A stretch of DNA of 62,939 nucleotides, the filler included, from Pirum gemmata (taxonomy: Eukaryota): assembly GCA_002812295.1 (NCBI GenBank). It is 23 parts of 23 records of this genome, joined end to end, with 100 filler letters (N's around TTAATTAATTAA, not from the genome) between each part and the next. Parts side by side here need not be neighbours in the genome. Positions count along the whole stretch, not along the records: positions 41,115 to 43,637 come from PDIN01005715.1; positions 43,738 to 46,286 come from PDIN01005716.1; positions 46,387 to 48,937 come from PDIN01005717.1; positions 49,038 to 51,558 come from PDIN01005718.1; 19 more parts are not named here. One strand, 5' to 3'. The notes under the pieces are model-generated. The model worked only from the letters and a program-made list of their open reading frames with translations, had not been told where the DNA came from and did not search any database. Positions 41,319 to 51,226 of the stretch are shown piece after piece. Each line of letters begins with the position of its first letter. Position 1 is the first letter of the stretch. A program made the position numbers and the translations under genes.

Positions 41319-42998
41319 ATGAAATTTTTATTATTACCACTAACTGTAGTTATTTCACAAGTTCATGCAAAAGACTATACCTGGATATCCGCAGTTGAAG
41401 GAAATGAATGTGTTAAGACGGGTAGCGTCATATGCACAAGGGAAAATGGAAAACGTATTTTTAAATTCCCAGCAGGGGAGTACGGAATCAACAAACAAGT
41501 ATCGGTTCCACAAAATACGGTGATAGAAGGAGCTAGTAATCCAAATAACCCAAATAATTTGAAAGAACGAGGAAGTGGACAACAAACACTGTTTACTGCA
41601 GATTACACAGGCGTGGTTTTTGATACACCATATTGTAAAAAAGTAACCAGCGCTCAACAAGTAGAGAAAATGAGAGTCGGGTTTTTACTTCACAGCAATA
41701 CAAAAGTTAGAAATGTAATGGTAAATGGTAATGATAGTGCAAGACCTAGAGATAATGGAACTTTGTGCGGTGGGGGGATTTTTGAATTACCAGGTTGTGT
41801 CCGACAAGATTGCACTAATGATCTTGATACTGGCGATGGCAAGGGTGCTTCCAATGTTGTAATAGAAAACGTACGATTAAACGATGGGAATACTAAAGGC
41901 AGCCAGAGTGCGGTTTGGGTCCCTACGACACGTGGTAATGATCCAGGTCATTCACACATTACTATCAACAAACTTGTAATGCTAACTTCTTTGGCTGATG
42001 GTATTAATTTTCATGGGAAAGTCAGAGATGCAAAGGTGGAAAATTGTTATATTTCCAATACTGGTGATGATATTTACGCAGTATGGGGAGCCCACTACCA
42101 ATCAACGAATATTGTTTTTAAAAACAACATTGCCGTGCGTCCTGGAGCTACAAGACAATTTAAGTATGGTGTCTGTTTTGCCACGTATGGATTAAGTGGG
42201 AAGTTGACGATTGAAAACAATATTTGCTACGATACAGATAAAGGTTCCAGTCGCGAAACAAACCCTGATTGCTATTATCAGTGTAATAACTCTTTCTTAG
42301 CAGTTGATACTTCGTTTCAGGCAAAATACGGGAGTGGTCATCAAATTTCATTGATAGGAAATAAATATTTATACGCAAGTAATCACAACAGAGCTATTAC
42401 AGATAGACCGATGGTTCTCAATCACGCAGGTGCTAACCTTTTGGAGCAAAAAAATTCAACAAAGTCAATTACAGGAGGAACAGAATCTCAAGGAGAAATA
42501 GATTCACCGCCGGATACAGATCAATCACATGAAAACTGTGCACCAACTGGGACTGACGCGTTTTGGCCTAAATCTCATCAAGGTCGCTGTTGTGATGGCT
42601 CTGAACCAGTTAATGAACATGGAACGATGATGTGCCGAGGTAGTGGAACAAGACACTCTCCAAAAGCAACAGGACAATGTGCAAGTAAAGGTTGTACAAC
42701 TGCCTATGTACATGGTCAAGCATTTCAGTGTAACCCCCGTTGCAAACATTACGGTAATTGCGGGTCAGATTATGATGCAGTGTGTGGTAAAGGTAGTTCA
42801 AGTACCGGTATTACTTGCGGTTGTAAAACATGTACGTCTACTGCTAATTGTCGTTGCTATCCTGATATTGACTGGGCTTATAAAACTGGTTTAACTCAAC
42901 ACCCTACCTGGTATCCTGGTTTAAATGCACGAAGTTCAAAGAAAGATATACAAAGACACTTTCATAGCAAAGATGGTAGTTGTCCAATGCCTTGTTAA
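41319..42998 (+). CDS. Secreted right-handed beta-helix glycoside hydrolase (GH87/alpha-1,3-glucanase-like) with somatomedin-B-like and Cys-rich C-terminal modules
   Basis: Signal peptide MKFLLLPLTVVISQVHA; FPAGEY start of a beta-helix; ADGINFHG...NTGDDIYAVW acid motif; QCNPRCKHYGNCGSDYDAVC SMB-like module; intronless 559-aa ORF. Confidence 0.85.
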   Translation: MKFLLLPLTVVISQVHAKDYTWISAVEGNECVKTGSVICTRENGKRIFKFPAGEYGINKQVSVPQNTVIEGASNPNNPNNLKERGSGQQTLFTADYTGVVFDTPYCKKVTSAQQVEKMRVGFLLHSNTKVRNVMVNGNDSARPRDNGTLCGGGIFELPGCVRQDCTNDLDTGDGKGASNVVIENVRLNDGNTKGSQSAVWVPTTRGNDPGHSHITINKLVMLTSLADGINFHGKVRDAKVENCYISNTGDDIYAVWGAHYQSTNIVFKNNIAVRPGATRQFKYGVCFATYGLSGKLTIENNICYDTDKGSSRETNPDCYYQCNNSFLAVDTSFQAKYGSGHQISLIGNKYLYASNHNRAITDRPMVLNHAGANLLEQKNSTKSITGGTESQGEIDSPPDTDQSHENCAPTGTDAFWPKSHQGRCCDGSEPVNEHGTMMCRGSGTRHSPKATGQCASKGCTTAYVHGQAFQCNPRCKHYGNCGSDYDAVCGKGSSSTGITCGCKTCTSTANCRCYPDIDWAYKTGLTQHPTWYPGLNARSSKKDIQRHFHSKDGSCPMPC

Positions 42999-43138
42999 AT
43001 TAAAATGTATTTTATTAAAATATTCATATGAATTAATACTTAATATTATTCAACGTTAATATTGTTATGGATATAATATTATTGTATAGTTTTAAAAAAG
43101 CACTATTTTTTCTTGTCAACATAAATTATATATAAATT

Positions 43139-43194
<56 letters not shown>

Positions 43195-43788
43195 CATTCA
43201 TCATCATCGATTTTAGTATCAGTTAAAATAATATTATAAACATATCCATCTTCTTCAGACTTAAAATTAAGTTTATAATTTAACTAAATAATATTATAAA
43301 TACTAGTTTATTTGAAATAGACAATACTTTCGATTTAGATTGAGCATTTGATGTTTATAAAATTTAATATTTATATATTATATCAATATATTTAAATTAT
43401 GGCAATTATTATTATTGTATTAGTCCAATATTATTTAACCTTTTTAACCTTTTTACTTATTTTTCAGTCACATTATGACCATACTGGTTTTTTTTTACAA
43501 TTATTTTTTTAAAAGAAATGCCTTTAAATTTGCCAATAAATTTTTTTTTAATGCATGCATGTAGATGGAAGTGTAAATTAATTGGATTATCAGTACTATA
43601 TATTATACTACATCGATTGGTTATAATAATAATAATANNNNNNNNNNNNNNNNNNNNNNNNNNNNNNNNNNNNNNNNNNNNTTAATTAATTAANNNNNNN
43701 NNNNNNNNNNNNNNNNNNNNNNNNNNNNNNNNNNNNNATTGCCATGCGTGAATCAACATTCTTTCGGGTTATATACATTACTTATTCA

Positions 43789-45945
43789 TTATTGTTCACA
43801 TATAATGTCATCATTTCGTGTGAACCACCCTTTAAGCTGGTTTTCTATTTCTAAGTGTAAATCTACTATTGACTGTTTAGTTTGATTTGTTTTTTTACTA
43901 GAATATGCATGAGAAATATTCAGTGACTGCGAATCCTTTACAACCTTAGCAACAAATGGCTGACAAGTCAATGATCTTTGTGACTCTGGTTGATTATGCG
44001 GGTTTATTTGTACCATTTTTGATGAATTCGATTTCTCTTCGTCAATATTATTATCAATTGACCTGGAAGCTATTACACTTTTCAATTCTTGTAACATAAA
44101 TGTAGGGTATACTTGATCCCCAAAATCATTGCATGACGAGTTTATTATTTCAAGAGCACAGTTTCCTGTTCCTGTAATAATATTAACAAAGAAATAAATA
44201 AAAGAATAAGAATGAAATAATAAATAAATAACAAAAGGCAAATAATACAAAAAGTTACAAAATATATTATTATAATACAGAAGAATGCTATCAATAAATA
44301 ATAAAAACGTAACCCTATATATAAAAATGAGATATAAGAGAGGGATCTAAGAGGATTAAAATAATAATAACTACAATAAAGTAAGATGACAATTTGAACA
44401 TCTATATGCTCTATCAGATATTTTTTGAAAAAGTTTTACCTTCATAGATTATTGAAGTGTCTAGAGCCACTTCTTTTGAAATTTTAGAATTACTTTTCAA
44501 AGAATGATCAAATAAGGCTTCGTGAGAAGCACTACAGGGTATATTATCATTAGGTTGCACTGAGTTTATACATACTTGAACCTGCTGATAAAAATCAGAT
44601 AGAACAGATTTTACATCAGAAATGCTCTTGTCCATATTATTGATTTGGTTTTCTACCAACTCTAAAAGTTGGGCATTATCGGTATCGTGGCTTTCTTCAA
44701 TCTACTTATATAAACAATATATATAAACTTAATGTAACAAAAAAAATTTAACTTTATAAAACGATGAAACTTAATACACCAAAAAAGATCCAAATATATG
44801 AAACAACGAAGAGAAGGAAACACCACCGGTAAGAAAAAAAGAGTACAAAGTACAGATAATAGCTTGAGAAGGAAAGGCATTGAGAGGGAAAAGCATCAAG
44901 AAGAAAAAGAATCGAGAAGAAAAAGCATCAAGAAGAAAAAGAATCGAGAAGAAAAAGCATCGAGCAGAAAAAGAATCGAGAAGGGAAAGCATCGAGAAGG
45001 AAAAGCATGTGAAAAAAAAGAGAAGAAAAAGAGAAGAAAAAGAGAAGAAAAAGAGAAGAAAAAGAGAAGAAAAAGAGAAGAAAAAGAGAAGGAACAGAGA
45101 AGGAAAAGCATCGAGAAGGAAAATCATCGAGAAAGAAAAGAATTGAAAAAAGATTAAATGAACAAAATTACATCAATTATTATTTGTTTGCAATATGTTA
45201 GCCTCTGGAGAATAATGTGCATGCTATCTTCAACTGTATTCAATTTACTTTTATCCAAATCCCCTGTTACTTCATTAAGAATATTTGAAGAAGGTTTGTT
45301 TATCTTTTCCCCACAATTGCCATTTATGACATTTTCGTTACAAGCTTTAATCTCAGTATGCGAATGTAAGCGACTGCTGAGAATTTTAGACAAACGAATT
45401 ATTGAGGTTGATAAATTATTAAAATCACCAAGATCCAATAATTTCTGTATTCCAGTACAACTTGTCATCTCACATTTACTCATATCAAAATTTTCAAACG
45501 TACATATGTAGTTAAACACACATACAAAATGTCTAAAAAAAAAGGATCTATATAACACAAAAAGGTTATACAGTTCTTTCAAAGTCTCTATATTTTCAAA
45601 ATCCTTTGCGTTGTCTGAAATATTCAGCTTTTTTATATCTGGGAAAGAATTTAAGAGCTCATTATTGCAATCATAGTTCATTTCTAGCCAGCACAAAGCA
45701 CTTTCGACTGAAAGCAAGGGGTTAGATGTCTTCTGATCGGCATAAAATCTTTCCGAAGGCAGGGGGTTATAATTCATACGGTCACTTAAAATATCAGTAT
45801 TGTCATGCATTGGAAGAATAGGAAAATCCCTTTTCAAACAAGAAACTTTGTTAAAAAATAAATCAATTCCTGACAAGCAAACTTGCGCAAAGGCCATCTT
45901 TAGTGTAACTGAACTACGAGATCCAGGGCCTTTATAAAGAAACAA
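43789..45945 (-). CDS. Internal exons of a multi-exon hypothetical protein
   Basis: Three co-oriented protein-like ORF blocks (~45930-45170, ~44690-44440, ~44172-43790) separated by AT-rich or pyrimidine-rich introns; exact boundaries are uncertain. Confidence 0.7.
44870..45140. repeat. Purine-rich minisatellite (GAAAAAGAGAA / AAAGCATCGAGAAG units), probably intronic
   Basis: Direct tandem units; source of the K/E/R and F/S/L shadow ORFs. Confidence 0.8.
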
Positions 45946-48611
45946 TTTATGTAAAGTTTATTTAAGTGTTGTGATCTTACGCTGGGAAACCTAATGAGTA
46001 TGTGTTTGAGTCAAAAAATTGAAAAAAGTGTGTAAAAGTATTGCTTCCCTTCAAAATTACAAAAAGAAAAAAAGAAAAAATATCAAAACATCAAGAGCAT
46101 TATGCAGCAGAAAATTTTAATATGTCCCAGTGGACAACAAAAAATAATTTCAGCAATAATTTAACCTGTAATGACAAATACAATAGTAAAAGCAAAACTA
46201 AAAATGTCACAAATGGCAATAATAGTTTGTAAAAAAAACACACAGTTGTAATAATAATAATAATAAAAAAAATAATAATAATAATANNNNNNNNNNNNNN
46301 NNNNNNNNNNNNNNNNNNNNNNNNNNNNNNTTAATTAATTAANNNNNNNNNNNNNNNNNNNNNNNNNNNNNNNNNNNNNNNNNNNNTAATATTAATAATA
46401 ATAATATTATTAATTATAATACCATTTTCTTGCTGTAACTCATTCAATGTTGTCAGTTTTCATTAGGGCTTTTATATACATTTCTTTTTGGGCTGAGCTC
46501 TCTCAACGAATGTCATTGTTTTACTCATTTCTATTTGGTCTAAGCGGAACCATTTATAAATCTAACAACGTTATTGAATAACGACTTGATAATTATTTTT
46601 TGTTGTTGTATTAATAGGATCGAATTTAAAGGGTGTATGATGGTAAATAACCATAAGGCAACATGCGCATGAGCAGTACCGTATTTTGAATATTTATACC
46701 TCGGGCCTGTTAAGGAATTAGCTATGATGACCGTCAATTTCCTCTTTGATTTGAAAAACTAGTGTAAACTAGTGTAAACTACTTATGTGTAAATTGGGAT
46801 CGTTATCACCTATTCGTAGAAGGACACCATTTCTTCATATATATATATACATGGATCAACAGTAACCCTTGGTTGATGTATGGTCTGTAAATAGTGAGCT
46901 ATATACAGTAAAGAGTGTACCAATTTTGGGACATCTAGTTCCTGATATTTTTCAACATTTATTAATATTAATAATATATATATATTAATATAATATTATA
47001 TATATCCATTAATACTGTGAATAATAATAATGATAATAAAAGTAGGGGGGGGAGACTGGAAAAAAAGTATAAAAAAATTTATTTAATTAAAAAGAAGAAA
47101 CAGGGAAAAAAGTAACTACGAAAAAACGGTTTTATTTTATTTATTTAATTTAATTCTTATCATTATAATATATCAATATATAATATAATACAATTTATAT
47201 ATAAAGGTATAAAATAATAAAAATATACATACATATAATATTATATATTGAATTTAATTAACAGACATTTTTTTTATTACTTTTTTTTGTTAATATTTTG
47301 TTATTCTAGAAATGAAATTTACTCAAATTTCACCCTTTTTAAAAAGAAAATAAAAAGAGGGGGGAAAGGGCCCGGGGATATTTAAATTAATTTGATATTT
47401 TATACTTAATGTTGTGTTTTATAAACAAGTTCAATTATACAGTATTAATACCAAATTAAAAATTGAGAGGACAACTAATGAAATAGACGATATGATATGA
47501 TATATATATATATATTAATACATATATATATAATTAAATTTATTACTTTTAAAAGAATTCCCATAATAATATATAAGGGCCGTAATCCTAATCCTAATCC
47601 TAACTAACAATAACCCTAGCCCTAACAATAACAATAACAATAACACTAACACTAACACTAACACTAACACTAACACTAACACTAACATTAACACTTGACT
47701 TTTTTTTTGAAAAAAAAAACAAAAAAAAAATTCAAAATTCGCTTTTTCGTAAAATAACTTTTGGAAAGTAGTACCGGTAGTGGTTTTTTCGTTTTCTTTT
47801 TTGTTTTTTTTGTTTTTTTTTTTGTTTTGTTTGCTTTTTTTTGGTTTTTGGTTTTTGGTTTTTTTGTTTTGTTTGTTTTGTTTTTGTTTTGTTTTTTTGT
47901 TATGGAATTGAAGGTTGGTTAGATTTTCAATTTTTTATTATAACCAATGAAATATTGAATTAAACATTATTCGAATTGTGTTCATAAAATTAATAAATAA
48001 AAACAATTCGATATTTTAATTTACATAAAAAATACGAAATACAAATATCATTGACGATTATATATACATACATATACCACCATGATGTATACTATAGGGA
48101 AAAATCGACATTGATAATTCGAACCTATGATTTTGGACTTGAATTAATTATAAATATAAACGAGCCTTTCTATTTATATACATATCGAACCAGATTTGGG
48201 TCTTTCGGAACTTGATCATATATATAAAAGTTTTGTTTCAATCCTCGGAGTTAATCACATAATAAAGAAACGCGAGGATTTTTTCGAATTTGTTAATAAA
48301 AATTGATCTTTGATGTTGGATTTCCGACTCGAGTTAATTAAAAATATAAACGAATGTATCAATTTATATATGATTCGTATTTAATTAAGAAACCGAACCT
48401 ATAAATTTTATTTTTATTATATATATATAATTATCAATTTCTAAACACCAAATTAAAAATTAAAATGGCAACATAAATGAAAATGATGATAATAACATAT
48501 AATGTTACTTAATATAAAGCAAAAAAAATTGACATTGCTATATTCCAAACCTATTATTTTCGACAGAGGAATTTAATTATAAATATAAGCCAACCTATCT
48601 CTTTTACATGG

Positions 48612-48880
48612 TTACAAAGTTTGTTTTAAACCGCGAAGTTGATTGCATAGTAAAGAAACTTGTGGATTTTTCCGAATTTGGTCAAGTCGATCTTGGTGTT
48701 GGGAGATTAGTAAATCCAAGGAAGTGTTATCATCTTTAAAACACTGCCGTATTGATGTTTCATACTCTTCCGCATACACTGCACGTGACAATTGCCTTTG
48801 TATACCTGGACTAGAGTAAGTAACTAAACCAAGGCTTTCGGGGAAGGTATTTTGGCCCGGCCAAGGTAGGTAACAACCTT
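48612..48880 (-). CDS. Exon of an unidentified protein
   Basis: After a (TTTTTG)n tract: GCYLPWPGQNTFPESLGLVTYSSPGIQRQLSRAVYAEEYETSIRQCF...LKQTL; higher GC and protein-like. Confidence 0.55.
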
Positions 48881-49207
48881 GAATTCCAAAAAACAAAAAC
48901 AAAAACAAAAACAAAAACAAAAACAAAAACAAAAACANNNNNNNNNNNNNNNNNNNNNNNNNNNNNNNNNNNNNNNNNNNNTTAATTAATTAANNNNNNN
49001 NNNNNNNNNNNNNNNNNNNNNNNNNNNNNNNNNNNNNAATTGATACTTTTAAATAAATAAATATATACTAAAATGTACCAAATTAAATAAAATGGATTTA
49101 TATTATATTAATTTGGTACTATTTATTTATTGTTTATGACGACAAAATAACTGAAAAGCACAAAAATAATTTGGTACGTTTATTTCATTTTTTGAAAAGC
49201 CCTCTAA

Positions 49208-49344
49208 GGGTGCATTCAAATAATACGTCACATCAAGGGGTGGGTAGGTAGGTGATATTTGACGGGAAATTAACGTCGAGAGGTAGGTAGGTAGGGGTAT
49301 TTGAAGCTGTAGAAATTGGCGTTACGTGGTATTTGAACGCTCCC
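49208..49344 (+). mobile_element. Complete PIF/Harbinger-like MITE (family B), TAA TSD
   Basis: TAA|GGGTGCATTCAAATAATACGTCAC ... GTTACGTGGTATTTGAACGCTCCC|TAA. Confidence 0.85.
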
Positions 49345-49460
49345 TAAAATGGAAATCTTGAAAAAGGATACCAAAAAAGGGTATTTCAAAAAAAAAGAGG
49401 TTTAGGATCTAAACCCTAAGAATGGTAGATCCGAAACCAGACTTTTGAGTTAGGGCCTGT

Positions 49461-50204
49461 TAGGTTTCTCCCAATTCTGCCCTCTTTTTTTTCTAAAAAA
49501 AAAATCAAATTTTCAAACCTATTTATTAATTAAATAAGTTCGAAACTTTAAGCTTACAATTAAGTATTCAAATATATTTATTTATTAAGAAACCCGAAAA
49601 ATACGAAAAAACATTTTTTTTCGAACAGAGCTGAATTTTGGCTTTTTTTTTTGACAGCAGAAATTCGAGATTTCGGGCTAGAGCAGAATTGGGCTTCTCC
49701 CAACTCTGCTCTGTTTTAAAAATCGATATTTCGAGTCTATATGTTAATTAATAAGTTCGAATTGTTAAAACTTACAATTAAGTATTCAAATATATTCATT
49801 TATTAATAAGCCCGAAAGATACGAAAAAAAGTATTTTTCGAACGGAGTTGAATTTTGGCTTTTTTTTGACAGCAGAAATTCGAGATTTCGGGTTAGAGCA
49901 GAATTAGGAGAGTTAGACTTCTCCCAATTCTGCTCTTTTTTAAAAATCGAGTTTTCAAACCTATTTATTAATTAAATAAGATCGAAATTTTAAGCTTACA
50001 ATTAAGTATTCAAATATAATTATTAATTTGAAAACCCGAAAAATACGAAAAAAAAATATTTTTCGAACGGAGCTGAATTTTGGCTTTTTTTTTTTTGACA
50101 GCAGAAATTAGAAATTTCGGGCTAAAGCAGAATTAGGAGAGTTAGGTAGGAAACTTCTCCCAATTCTGCTCTTTTTTAAAAATCGAGTTTTCAAACCTAT
50201 TTAT
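49461..50204. mobile_element. Head-to-tail array of MITE family C (3 full copies plus 1 partial, ~225 bp each)
   Basis: TTCTCCCAA(T/C)TCTGC starts at ~49466, 49695, 49919 and 50156; each full unit ends GCAGAATT(G/A)GG. Confidence 0.9.
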
Positions 50205-50220
50205 GTAAACTAAAGAGTAA

Positions 50221-50571
50221 ACTTGTCAAAGCTGTCAAATACCAAGAACAGGTTACTGTTTTCCTAGTTGTATTAATACTAACCCTAACCCTAACCCTAA
50301 CCCTAAAGGAACAGGTCAAGGTGTTACTGTTTTCTCTAGTTGTACTAATGCTAATGGTACTGAAAACTGGTTCTTATACTCAGAATCAAGTAAGTGCAAT
50401 GGCAATATTAAATCTTTTATTGTTCCGACCAGTCATGTTGTCATTATGTTCAATGAGGATAACTTTAAGAGTAAATTCACAGTGTTAATTGATAATGATT
50501 GTTATAACAACCAACTTACCCAAGGGCAAAACTCGGTGATTAAGTCTATGATAATAATATCTAAATTTTAA
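50221..50571 (+). CDS. Beta/gamma-crystallin-like domain fragment (terminal exon or remnant)
   Basis: Not in the ORF track (no ATG). Open frame GQGVTVFSSCTNANGTENWFLYSESSKCNGNIKSFIVPTSHVVIMFNEDNFKSKFTVLIDNDC...SVIKSMII resembles the Greek-key I.S..VP....V.l.e.dNF motif. Confidence 0.55.
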   Translation, partial: TCQSCQIPRTGYCFPSCINTNPNPNPNPKGTGQGVTVFSSCTNANGTENWFLYSESSKCNGNIKSFIVPTSHVVIMFNEDNFKSKFTVLIDNDCYNNQLTQGQNSVIKSMIIISKF

Positions 50572-50991
50572 AACAATATTAATATGATAATTATAAAAAA
50601 AAAAATAAAAAAAAAATGAAATAAAAAAATTATAAATAATAATTATATTATTTTTCATATCTTATAATACGTCTATGAGTTGCCCCCTCAATCTTTAATT
50701 TAGCAAAAAATGTATGCAAACCCTTATCCCTGGAATTAAACATCCAGGATGATTATGGCGAATCATATCTTTATTATTAATATTATTATTAATATTATTA
50801 TTATTAATATTAATTAATATTATTAGGGTTAGGGTTTATTATTATTATTATTATTAATAATAATATATCGTCTATTTTATTAGTTGTCCTCTCAATGTTT
50901 AATTTGGTGCTATTTAATTGTGTAGTTTAATCATAATAATAATTGGGTATGTGGACTGGTCATGTTGGAATTATGTATAATGAGGATAACT

Positions 50992-51226
50992 AGTAGGGGG
51001 TGAGATGACGTCCTTTTATTAATACCGAACGGCTGCTGGAACTTTTCCGATTTTTATGGTTTTATTACTATTAATGTTCATATTATTACTTTAATTGGTA
51101 AATACTATAATTAAATTTGCTATGTTAAGCTATTTAACTGCTATTATAAGTAAAGAACATGGAACTAAGGTTGGCTCGATAAGCATCTATTCGAAAAAAG
51201 TTCCAGTAGATATCTCACCCCCACTG
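50992..51226. mobile_element. MITE family G with 8-bp TSD, inserted in a duplicate of the crystallin-like 3' end
   Basis: GGATAACT|AGTAGGGGGTGAGA ... TCTCACCCCCACT|GGATAACT; the empty site GAGGATAACTTTAAG is present at 50455. Confidence 0.85.
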
